Notes under the pieces: model-generated
What the model saw: only the letters and a program-made list of their open reading frames with translations
What the model was told of the DNA's origin: nothing
Database searches by the model: none
Made by a program: the position numbers and the translations under genes
Part shown: positions 1 to 7,636 of the stretch, piece after piece
Numbering within the stretch: position 1 is the stretch's first letter
Layout of the letters: each line of letters starts with the position of its first letter
DNA from: a virus
Taxonomy: Duplodnaviria > Caudoviricetes
IMG/VR virus record: IMGVR_UViG_3300044267_001826
Coordinates: 1-25,895 of that record
Reading direction: 5' to 3' (one strand)
Length of the DNA stretch: 25,895 bases

Positions 1-2
1 GG

Positions 3-920
3 GCAATATCAAGAGCACAACTAGTTAAAGAACTAGAGCCAGGTCTGAATGCACTATTCGGTCTGGAATACAAAAGGTATGATAATCAGCACGCTGAGAT
101 TTATACTACAGAGTCATCAGACAGAGCTTTCGAAGAGGAAGTAATGTTATCTGGCTTTGCAAACGCAGATGTAAAAGCAGAAGGGGCTGGCGTATCATAC
201 GATGATGCACAAGAAACTTATACTGCTAGATACACTATGGAAACGATCGCTTTAGCTTTCGCTATCACAGAAGAAGCAATAGAGGACAACCTTTATGACA
301 GACTTTCTTCTAGATACACAAAAGCTTTAGCAAGATCTATGTCCAATGCTAAAGAAGTTAAAGGTGCAGCACCTTTGAATAATGGTTTACCAGCAATCGC
401 AGCTGGAACTGCTTTTCAAACAGGTGACGGCGTTAACTTATTCTCTACAGCTCACCCAACAATTGCGGGTAACGTAGCGAACACTTTAGCAACGCAGGCG
501 GACTTAAACGAAACTTCATTAGAAACAGCATTGATCGACATTGCTAAAATAACTGATGAAAGAGGTTTAAGAATCGCAGCAAAAGGAGTTAAAATGATAA
601 TTCCTTCTGCTAATCAGTTCAACGCTGAAAGACTTATGAAGTCTCAAGGTAGAACTCAAACTGCGGATAATGATATCAATGCAATCAACAGTATGGGAAT
701 GATTCCTCAAGGTTACAGAGTGAACAATTTCTTAACTGACCCTGATTCATTCTACATTATCACTGACGTTCCAAATGGTATGAAAATGTTCTCAAGAACT
801 CCATTGACAACTTCAATGGAAGGAGACTTTGATACTGGAAACGTAAGATACAAAGCTAGAGAAAGATACGCTTTCGGCGCTTCTGACTTTAGAGGTATCT
901 TCGGTGTTGAAGGTGCGTAA
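3..920 (+). CDS. Major capsid protein, start codon at or beyond the window edge
   Basis: The frame is open from nt 3 (AISRAQLVKELEPGLNALFGLEY...) and continues into the listed 144..920 ORF. The C-terminus DFDTGNVRYKARERYAFGASDFRGIFG is typical of HTVC010P-like major capsid proteins, and a strong terminator follows. Confidence 0.92.
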   Translation, partial: AISRAQLVKELEPGLNALFGLEYKRYDNQHAEIYTTESSDRAFEEEVMLSGFANADVKAEGAGVSYDDAQETYTARYTMETIALAFAITEEAIEDNLYDRLSSRYTKALARSMSNAKEVKGAAPLNNGLPAIAAGTAFQTGDGVNLFSTAHPTIAGNVANTLATQADLNETSLETALIDIAKITDERGLRIAAKGVKMIIPSANQFNAERLMKSQGRTQTADNDINAINSMGMIPQGYRVNNFLTDPDSFYIITDVPNGMKMFSRTPLTTSMEGDFDTGNVRYKARERYAFGASDFRGIFGVEGA

Positions 921-938
921 GCAATAAATAAATAATTT

Positions 939-969
939 TGTGGCGGAACACAGTTCCGCCACATTTTCT
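939..969 (+). terminator. Rho-independent terminator after the capsid gene
   Basis: 11-bp perfect stem TGTGGCGGAAC (939-949) / GTTCCGCCACA (953-963), loop ACA, followed by TTTTCT. Confidence 0.85.
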
Positions 970-985
970 AAATATGGTGAGAAAT

Positions 986-1255
986 ATGAGGAAATTCCTA
1001 GTAAAAATACATGCGTATCAATATAGTACAGAATTTAAAGTTCTGGCTGAAGATAATGTTGAATCTATTGAAAATTCAATAGTTGACAAACTAGGAGATA
1101 AGAGTATAAAATGGGAATATCTTGGAGAAATGAATGATCCCAAGATTAATAGAATAACCTATGAGGAGGTTATAAATGGAGATGCAAACACATCTGATAG
1201 ACCTTTACACACAGAAGAAGGGTCTAGATCTAGAATGGGAGCAGGAGCATCTTAA
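986..1255 (+). CDS. Small hypothetical phage protein (MRKFLVKIHAYQY...)
   Basis: The listed start at 938 lies inside the terminator. ATG 986 is preceded by SD-like GGTGAG; ATG 974 is an alternative. Confidence 0.65.
   Translation: MRKFLVKIHAYQYSTEFKVLAEDNVESIENSIVDKLGDKSIKWEYLGEMNDPKINRITYEEVINGDANTSDRPLHTEEGSRSRMGAGAS
1083..1112 (+). promoter_or_regulatory. Putative sigma70 promoter inside ORF 986..1255
   Basis: TTGACA (1083-1088), then TATAAA at 16 nt spacing (1105-1110) or TAAAAT at 18 nt (1107-1112); lies upstream of ORF 1176. Confidence 0.5.
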
Positions 1256-1400
1256 GGAGGGTAGATATACTCTCAATATGGTTAGAATTGACAGAAAAGT
1301 CAGAGAAGTAATTAGCCATATAAAAATAGCAGAAGCTAAAAAAGAGCATTTGCAAAATAAGATAGACGACGCTGCCCCCGAAGTTTCTGTAGCTACTTAA
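1176..1400 (+). CDS. Small hypothetical protein, probably helical/coiled-coil (74 aa)
   Basis: Strong SD GAGGAGG before the ATG; codon usage like neighbouring genes. Confidence 0.75.
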   Translation: MEMQTHLIDLYTQKKGLDLEWEQEHLKEGRYTLNMVRIDRKVREVISHIKIAEAKKEHLQNKIDDAAPEVSVAT

Positions 1401-1448
1401 TCAAAAGCTACATCGTTGGAAAAAATCCACTCCACATTACAGGCTCTC

Positions 1449-1477
1449 TTGCGCTCTACTAAAATGTAGTGTATAGT
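1449..1477 (+). promoter_or_regulatory. Putative sigma70 promoter for the 1568 gene
   Basis: TTGCGC (1449-1454), 17 nt spacer, TATAGT (1472-1477), in the largest intergenic gap of the window. Confidence 0.6.
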
Positions 1478-1500
1478 TTTTACACTATACAATTTAAAAC

Positions 1501-1552
1501 GATATATAGACGCGTATAGTCGACGGCCTAGAGACTATATATCATAACTAGG
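1501..1552 (+). promoter_or_regulatory. Candidate structured 5' leader RNA (pseudoknot) abutting the SD of the 1568 gene
   Basis: GATATATAG (1501-1509) pairs with CTATATATC (1535-1543). Loop CCTAG (1527-1531) pairs with CTAGG (1548-1552). SD AAGGAG is at 1555-1560. Confidence 0.45.
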
Positions 1553-1567
1553 AAAAGGAGAAAAATT

Positions 1568-2110
1568 ATGGCAAATACTACATTTAATGGTCCAGTACGT
1601 TCGGATAATGGATTTGAAACAATATCTAAAAACGCAACTACAGGAGTAGTAACTATTGAAGCGGATTACAATGTAAGACCTAACTTCAGAGCATCTATTG
1701 ATAACAGCACATTTGCAGGAGCAGGTGGAGCAACTGATACTTTAACAGTACAACAATCAGGAACTACATTTATTGTAAATGGAACAGCAAACAATGTTGT
1801 TAACATGCCTGCGCTTAGCACAGATAACGTAGGAACTGTTTATCATTTTGTTTTAACTACTGCTGTTGGCGGTGGTGTTACAACTACTTTTGTTTTACCA
1901 GGAGCTGGTGTATCAAACTTTTTTGGTATGATCCAACTTGTGTCTGGAACAGCAGCTAACCCAGTTGCTGATATAGCAGGTGATACAATTACTATGGTTA
2001 ACTCAACCGTAGCAGGAGCAAGACTCACTCTTAAGTGTTTAACTGACGATGGAACAAACTCTACTTGGAAAGCAGATTGTTTAAGTACACCGGTAATGAC
2101 TATCGCGTAA
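1568..2110 (+). CDS. Putative capsid-associated virion protein (decoration or head-fibre-like), 180 aa
   Basis: The N-terminus MANTTFNGPVRS is typical of the gene following the capsid in this phage group; Thr/Gly/Ala-rich, beta-like composition; SD AAGGAG. Confidence 0.7.
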   Translation: MANTTFNGPVRSDNGFETISKNATTGVVTIEADYNVRPNFRASIDNSTFAGAGGATDTLTVQQSGTTFIVNGTANNVVNMPALSTDNVGTVYHFVLTTAVGGGVTTTFVLPGAGVSNFFGMIQLVSGTAANPVADIAGDTITMVNSTVAGARLTLKCLTDDGTNSTWKADCLSTPVMTIA

Positions 2111-2121
2111 TAATTAATTTA

Positions 2122-2148
2122 GTGTGGGCTTCGGCCCACACAAATTTT
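2122..2148 (+). terminator. C(UUCG)G hairpin, terminator or mRNA-stabilising element
   Basis: GTGTGGGC-TTCG-GCCCACAC (2122-2141) followed by AAATTTT; the U-tract is offset from the stem. Confidence 0.65.
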
Positions 2149-2162
2149 AAGGAGAATAAAAT

Positions 2163-2804
2163 ATGGGAAATGGAATAGTAAGTCCTAAAAGTAAAACATT
2201 AGTCCCTGCTACAACATCAGCGGACGATGATTCTATTGCGGCTGCACAAACATTAGGTGGTGCTGGTGATATGACTCTTGCTGGAACAGCATCTAGTTTT
2301 GCTGACGCGGGAGTAGGATTATTTGTTACAATAACTGGAGATGGTTCAACTAATTTAACTGGAGTTAATTTTACAATTACTGGAACAAACGCTTTAGGGC
2401 ATGAATGTTCAGAAGTTCGTCCTGGACCTAACGGAGCAGCAACAGTAACGACTACATTAAAATTTAATACTGTAACTCAAATAGCTGTAAGTGGTGGAAC
2501 TACTACAGCGGTAAGAGCCGGAAATGCAGCAGGATCAGCAGGATCTGAACAAAGCATTTTTAATTCTAGAACTAGATTAAGAGAATTATTTGGTACAACT
2601 GCAGCAACAGCTAATACGGTTACTACATTTTTTAATGGTGGTGAATCACAAGGTAATCAATTATTTGCTGTACAAAATCCTGTAGCAACTCAGACATTAA
2701 TTAATCCAGCGTCAGCGCATGGAGGAATACTGGCTGATGAAGGTTTATCAGTTAATTTACCAACTAATAGTTTTGTGAGTTTAACAGTATACTACGACGG
2801 GTAG
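2163..2804 (+). CDS. Putative virion structural protein, 213 aa
   Basis: SD AAGGAG; Thr/Ala/Gly-rich; located between head and adaptor genes. Confidence 0.7.
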   Translation: MGNGIVSPKSKTLVPATTSADDDSIAAAQTLGGAGDMTLAGTASSFADAGVGLFVTITGDGSTNLTGVNFTITGTNALGHECSEVRPGPNGAATVTTTLKFNTVTQIAVSGGTTTAVRAGNAAGSAGSEQSIFNSRTRLRELFGTTAATANTVTTFFNGGESQGNQLFAVQNPVATQTLINPASAHGGILADEGLSVNLPTNSFVSLTVYYDG

Positions 2805-2810
2805 GTACTC

Positions 2811-3614
2811 ATGGCGAATACTACTTCACAGTCCTACGGTTTTGATCAGGACTTTTCAATCGATGAGATTATTGCAGATGCATACGAACGTCTGGGTTTA
2901 GTCGGTACAGCCGGTCATCAAATTAAAACTGCAAGAAGATCGTTAAACATTCTTTTTCAAGAATGGGGAAATAGAGGAATACATTTTTGGGAAGTAGGAA
3001 ATACAAATGTTAATTTAATTGTAGGTTCATCAACAAACATTGATGCAACAGCTGAGGGTTCTGGAATCTATACTTTTTATAGAAATTCTTCAGATGTTCC
3101 TGGAGGAGGAGAACCACCTCAAGCTACAACAGTTCCAACAGCAAATGTTTATGGTATTTCAGATATTTTAAATGTCACTTATAGACAAAATTATAATACT
3201 ACATCACAATCTGACATTGGTTTAACTAAAGTTGCAAGAGATGCATATTCAGCAACAGCAAACAAAGCGTCACTTGGAACACCTTCACAATTTTGGGTAC
3301 AAAGATTTATAGATAAAGTTACAATCACTATTTATCCTTTACCAAATGCAACTGCTGCTTCTAATTTTTTAAATGTTTATTACGTTAAAAGAATTCAAGA
3401 TGCAGGAGCATATACTAACGCAAGTGATTCACCTTTTAGATTTATACCATGCATGATTTCAGGTCTTGCATATTATTTATCTATGAAGTTTGCACCACAA
3501 AGAACACAGGAGATGAAGTTGTTGTACGAGGATGAATTAGCAAGAGCATTATCAGAAGATGGTTCTCCAGCTAGCACATACATTACTCCGAAAACATACT
3601 ATCCAAATGTATAA
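2811..3614 (+). CDS. Putative head-tail adaptor / head completion protein
   Basis: IDEIIADAYERLG...TARRSLNILFQEWGNRG N-terminus, plus GTPSQFWVQR...IYPLP and GLAYYLSMK motifs, as in podovirus adaptor-like proteins. Confidence 0.7.
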   Translation: MANTTSQSYGFDQDFSIDEIIADAYERLGLVGTAGHQIKTARRSLNILFQEWGNRGIHFWEVGNTNVNLIVGSSTNIDATAEGSGIYTFYRNSSDVPGGGEPPQATTVPTANVYGISDILNVTYRQNYNTTSQSDIGLTKVARDAYSATANKASLGTPSQFWVQRFIDKVTITIYPLPNATAASNFLNVYYVKRIQDAGAYTNASDSPFRFIPCMISGLAYYLSMKFAPQRTQEMKLLYEDELARALSEDGSPASTYITPKTYYPNV

Positions 3615-4414
3615 TGGCTAGATTCGCAAAAGGTAGTAGAGCATTAGCAATATCTGATAGATCAGGTGCAGCATTTCCGTATAGAGAAATGGTAAAAGAG
3701 TGGACAGGTGCGTGGGTACATATTTCTGAATTTGAACCTAAACAACCACAATTAGAACCACATCCAATAGGAGCTGATCCACAAGGATTACAACATGCAA
3801 GACCTGCAAGAGTAGAATTTGCAGTGCAAGATATTTTACCTGAAAACCCATTTACAACAACAGCTGCTTCTCAAACTTTAAGCGTGTCTTATCCTTCTAA
3901 TCAAATAAATTATGGAACTACGTATGTTAGATTTCAATCAGTTAAAACTACAGTAGGTGGTGTTGCAATATCTACTCTAGAATTATCAGCAGAATTAAAT
4001 GGTGCAATTAATGATACTGTTACTAATATAGATTTAGATGATGCATCACAATTTCCTACAGCTGGATTTATTGTTATAGAAAAAATAAATTCTACAAGTG
4101 GAGCATATGAAAATGAAACTGTTCAATATGCAAATAAAGTAGGAAATCAATTACAGAATTGCACACGTGGAACAGCAGCTCCTTTTCGAGGAATAACATT
4201 AGCTAATACATCTGCTCAATCTCATGCAGATAAAGCAAAGGTATTTGGTTCTTATTTAGCAACTGCAATTGCAACAACAGAAACAACAGGTGCTCAACCT
4301 GCTACAAGAACATTATATAATTCAATAACGGTGCCTTTAGTTAATAATGCTGGAAGCACAGAAACAGCAGGCGGTTTTCAATGTACAATTGGACCGGTTA
4401 ATGATAGAGGTTAA
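3614..4414 (+). CDS. Conserved virion protein with beta-rich C-terminal modules
   Basis: N-terminus AKGSRALAISDRSGAAFPYREMVKEWTG...EPKQPQL recognised from this phage group; TAATG translational coupling. Confidence 0.7.
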   Translation: MARFAKGSRALAISDRSGAAFPYREMVKEWTGAWVHISEFEPKQPQLEPHPIGADPQGLQHARPARVEFAVQDILPENPFTTTAASQTLSVSYPSNQINYGTTYVRFQSVKTTVGGVAISTLELSAELNGAINDTVTNIDLDDASQFPTAGFIVIEKINSTSGAYENETVQYANKVGNQLQNCTRGTAAPFRGITLANTSAQSHADKAKVFGSYLATAIATTETTGAQPATRTLYNSITVPLVNNAGSTETAGGFQCTIGPVNDRG

Positions 4415-4416
4415 TT

Positions 4417-5148
4417 ATGGCATATAGTTATTCAGATTTAACAACAGATATTAGAAATTATACAGAGGTAGATTCTAATGTATTTACTGCTGCTATTATA
4501 AATGGATTTATTCGTAATGCTGAACACCGAATAAATTTAGATTGCCCTATGGATTCCGATAGATTTCAAGATCAAGCTCAATTTGCTACAGATTTTAATT
4601 CAATTACTATGCCTACTGGTTTGTTGTTTGTTCGAGGTATTCAAGTTTATGATTCAACAACAGCTACTACAGGAGAAGGAGTTTGGTTAGAAAGACGTGA
4701 TCAAACTTTTATATCTGAATATATTGGAGAGTTAACAGGCACTGAAGGAAGTCAAACAGGTCAAGATACAACAGGACTCCCTAAATATTATTCTATGTAT
4801 GGTGGTGCCACTACGGGAACTACTTCAGCTACTTCAGGAGCTATATACGTGGCTCCTACACCAGACAAAAATTATCAATATATTATTCATTATAATGCCA
4901 TGCCAACTAGTTTAGAGACGGCTACGAGTGGTACTTATGTAAGTAATTATTTTCCACAAGGTCTACTTTATGCATGTTTAGTGGAGGCATATGGATTTTT
5001 AAAAGGTCCCACTGATATGTTGACATTATACGAACAGAAGTATAAAACTGAACTACAAAAGTTTGCAGCAATGCAAATTGGAAGAAGAAGACGAGACGAT
5101 TACACGGATGGTACAATTAGAATTCCAATCCAGTCAGCGCCTCAGTAA
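4417..5148 (+). CDS. Putative adaptor / tail tubular protein A-like protein
   Basis: YSDLTTDIRNYTE N-terminus and GLPKYY...APTPD...LLYACLVEAYGFLK motifs; position in the tail module. Confidence 0.7.
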   Translation: MAYSYSDLTTDIRNYTEVDSNVFTAAIINGFIRNAEHRINLDCPMDSDRFQDQAQFATDFNSITMPTGLLFVRGIQVYDSTTATTGEGVWLERRDQTFISEYIGELTGTEGSQTGQDTTGLPKYYSMYGGATTGTTSATSGAIYVAPTPDKNYQYIIHYNAMPTSLETATSGTYVSNYFPQGLLYACLVEAYGFLKGPTDMLTLYEQKYKTELQKFAAMQIGRRRRDDYTDGTIRIPIQSAPQ

Positions 5149-5161
5149 TTAGGAGATTTTT

Positions 5162-5629
5162 ATGACAATAACATCGGCAATTTGTAACAGCTTTAAACAA
5201 GAAATTTTAGTAGAAGGTCACAATTTTACAAATGGTACAGACACATTTAAAATTGCTTTGTATTCAAGTAACTCAGCATCACTAAGTAAATCAACTACAG
5301 CTTACACTGCACCCGCAGATGGTACAGCAGATCCAACTAACACTTATGAAGTAACTTCAACTTCTTCTGGATATACAACTGGTGGAAATAGTTTAACAAG
5401 CACAACTCCAGCTTTATCTGGTGACACTGCTTGTTGTAAATTTGCGGATACAAGTTGGGGTTCATCAGCTTCTTTTACAGCAAGAGGTTGTTTAATTTAT
5501 AATTCAAGTAATTCTAACAAAGCGGTTTGTGCAATTAATTTTGGTGGAGACAAAACTGTAACTAGTGGAACTTTTACAATTCAATTTCCAGCACAGACAG
5601 CAGGAAACGCAATCATACAGATAGCATAG
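5162..5629 (+). CDS. Virion structural protein, 155 aa
   Basis: SD AGGAG; ITSAICNSFKQEIL...FKIALY...ARGCLIYN...FGGDKT...GTFTIQFP is a recurrent tail-associated phage family. Confidence 0.75.
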   Translation: MTITSAICNSFKQEILVEGHNFTNGTDTFKIALYSSNSASLSKSTTAYTAPADGTADPTNTYEVTSTSSGYTTGGNSLTSTTPALSGDTACCKFADTSWGSSASFTARGCLIYNSSNSNKAVCAINFGGDKTVTSGTFTIQFPAQTAGNAIIQIA

Positions 5630-5639
5630 GAAGGTCACC

Positions 5640-6530
5640 ATGCCCACTGTTACAGAAGGATGGGGCCGACTTACCTGGGGACAGGCAGGTTGGAATGATG
5701 CTCAAACTATTGAACAAGGTTGGGGTCGTGAGACTTGGAATTATCAAGCATGGGGTGATACACCTATTGTTACACTAACAGGACTTTCAGCTACAACATC
5801 ACTTGGAATACCAACAGAATTAATTGAAATAAAACCTGGTTGGGGCACACTTAACTGGGGTGAAAACGGTTGGGGATCAGTTGAGTCAGCAGTATTTAAT
5901 TTAACTGGTTTAAGTGCAACAACAACTCTTGGAACAATTACTCCCGCAGACGTTGTTGGATTAACAGGTCTATCTGCTACATCTACATTAAATTCTTTAT
6001 CATCAGTTAAATCAGATCTTACATTTACACTTACAGGTTTAGGATTAGTATCTTCACATGGATTATTAACAGAGGATGATCATTCAGTAGGTTTATCTGG
6101 TCAGTCTGCTACATCGACAGTTGGATCACTATCGCCTGCAGATATAATGGGAGTGACAGGTCAGTCTGCTACAACAAGTTTAGGAACTTTAAGTTTTACT
6201 TCTAATCCTCTTATTGCAGTAACTGGTTTATCAGCTACAACAACTCTTGGTTCTATAGAATCTTTACCAGTAACATTAGTAACGCCAACAGGTCAATCAT
6301 TGACATCTGCTATAGGAACTGTAACAACTACTCAATTATCTAATGTATTTCCAGAGGGTCAAGTTGCTACTACAAGCTTAAATGACACCGGTATTATATT
6401 AAAATATTATCACAGGTTGACTCCAAAAACGAGTGGAGGATATACAAGAGAAACTGCTAAAACTAGCACAGGATATACAAGGAAAAATCCTAAAACTAGC
6501 ACAGGATATACAAGGAAAAACCCTGCATAA
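5640..6530 (+). CDS. Repeat-built structural protein (WG repeats, TG(L/Q)SATxxLG repeats, basic C-terminal repeats)
   Basis: Three GWGxxxWxxxxW blocks, about nine LTGLSATTxLG-like repeats and three KTSxGYTR repeats are visible in the translation. Confidence 0.75.
   Translation: MPTVTEGWGRLTWGQAGWNDAQTIEQGWGRETWNYQAWGDTPIVTLTGLSATTSLGIPTELIEIKPGWGTLNWGENGWGSVESAVFNLTGLSATTTLGTITPADVVGLTGLSATSTLNSLSSVKSDLTFTLTGLGLVSSHGLLTEDDHSVGLSGQSATSTVGSLSPADIMGVTGQSATTSLGTLSFTSNPLIAVTGLSATTTLGSIESLPVTLVTPTGQSLTSAIGTVTTTQLSNVFPEGQVATTSLNDTGIILKYYHRLTPKTSGGYTRETAKTSTGYTRKNPKTSTGYTRKNPA
6424..6522 (+). repeat. 33-bp tandem repeat x3, in frame (11 aa unit)
   Basis: Units at 6424-6456, 6457-6489 and 6490-6522. 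The last two (CTAAAACTAGCACAGGATATACAAGGAAAAAYC) differ at one base; the first is degenerate. Confidence 0.9.
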
Positions 6531-6536
6531 TTATGT

Positions 6537-6567
6537 TTGACTTAAAACTAAATTACCAATATAAATA
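6537..6567 (+). promoter_or_regulatory. Putative sigma70 promoter for the tail-fibre module
   Basis: TTGACT (6537-6542), 17 nt spacer, TATAAA (6560-6565); intergenic, upstream of SD AGGAG and ATG 6591. Confidence 0.65.
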
Positions 6568-6590
6568 ACATTAATTAGGAGAATTAAACA

Positions 6591-7211
6591 ATGGCTTCAT
6601 CATACACACCTCTTGGCGTTGAATTAATGGTAACTGGCGAAAATGCTGGTACATGGGGAACAAAAACTAATAATAATTTATCACTTATTGAGCAGTTGAC
6701 TAGTGGTTATTCAGCTTTATCTATTGCAGGTGGAGCAGGAACTCAAGCATTAGACATTGATGATGGAGCTTTAACAGGAACAGGTCAATTTAGAATGATT
6801 GAGTTTACAGGAACTATTTCTGGAAATAGAATTATAACTATTCCAAATGATGTAGAAACTTTTTACATGTTGAGAAATACAACTTCTGGAGCTTATACAG
6901 TTCAGTTTAAATATGCAACTGGTTCAGGATCATCTGTTACATTTGCAACTACAGATAAAGGTGACAAATTAGTTTTTGCATGTGCGGATGATGGCACAAA
7001 TCCAAATATTAAAGATTTATCAATTGGTACAACTTCACCAGCTGGAACAACTGGTCAAGTACAAATTAACAGTTCAGGCTCTTTTGGAGCAGTTGCTGAA
7101 GGAACTAGCGGTTTTGTATTAACATCAAATGGCTCAGCAGCAGCCCCAACTATGCAAGCCCCTGCGGTTTCTGTAGGAAAAGCTATTGCAATGGCAATAG
7201 TTTTCGGGTAA
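6591..7211 (+). CDS. Tail fibre proximal/anchor protein
   Basis: MASSYTPLGVELMVTGENAGTWGTKTNNNL N-terminus, fibre-type repeats (GQVQINSSGSFG, GTSGFVLTSNG) and a GKAIAMAIVFG end. Confidence 0.7.
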   Translation: MASSYTPLGVELMVTGENAGTWGTKTNNNLSLIEQLTSGYSALSIAGGAGTQALDIDDGALTGTGQFRMIEFTGTISGNRIITIPNDVETFYMLRNTTSGAYTVQFKYATGSGSSVTFATTDKGDKLVFACADDGTNPNIKDLSIGTTSPAGTTGQVQINSSGSFGAVAEGTSGFVLTSNGSAAAPTMQAPAVSVGKAIAMAIVFG

Positions 7212-7233
7212 AAACAGTAAAGGAAAATAAATT

Positions 7234-7623
7234 ATGGCGAACCCAAATATAGTAAATGTAGCAACAATCAATGGTGGTAACCTTGGTTTTAATTTATCAA
7301 ACACTTTAACAGCAACTTTATTAACAGTTGGAGCAGACGTAATCGTAAAAGTAAATAGAATTACAGTAGCAAACGTAGACGGATCATCAGCTGCTGATGT
7401 AAATTTATTTGTAGACGGGATGGGCAATGGTGCAACAGGAATTACTGCTACAGGTTCTGCAACAGTCTATCTAGCAAAAACAGTTTCAGTCCCGGCTGAC
7501 GCAACGTTAGTCATTTCGGACACACCTATCTATTTAATGGAAGGTGATATATTAAAAGGTGGAGCGAGTGCTTCAGGTGACCTAGACTTATTTATTTCAT
7601 ACGAAGTATTAAACGACGCGTAG
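7234..7623 (+). CDS. Tail-fibre-associated small beta protein, 129 aa
   Basis: MANPNIVNV...VANVDG...VPADATL...IYLMEGD...ISYE pattern, which from recall usually follows GKAIAMAIVFG-ending proteins. Confidence 0.7.
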   Translation: MANPNIVNVATINGGNLGFNLSNTLTATLLTVGADVIVKVNRITVANVDGSSAADVNLFVDGMGNGATGITATGSATVYLAKTVSVPADATLVISDTPIYLMEGDILKGGASASGDLDLFISYEVLNDA

Positions 7624-7636
7624 GAGGTAGACGGCT

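Noticed and set aside
1-5. Bases 1-2 are GG where TG (from ATG-GCA) would be expected for the capsid start
   Set aside because: This is the first base of the window or contig, so an edge artefact is more likely than a real alternative start; it cannot be evaluated here
938-985. Listed TTG start for the 105-aa ORF
   Set aside because: It lies within the terminator stem with no SD; ATG 986 (or 974) is more plausible
1385-1415. TGTAGCTA resembles the 3' end of SAM-II/SAM-V riboswitches common in SAR11
   Set aside because: The upstream conserved elements and geometry are absent, and the sequence overlaps the last codons of a gene
6424-6522. 33-bp repeats as a possible CRISPR array
   Set aside because: The repeats are contiguous with no spacers, lie in frame within a CDS, and there are no cas genes
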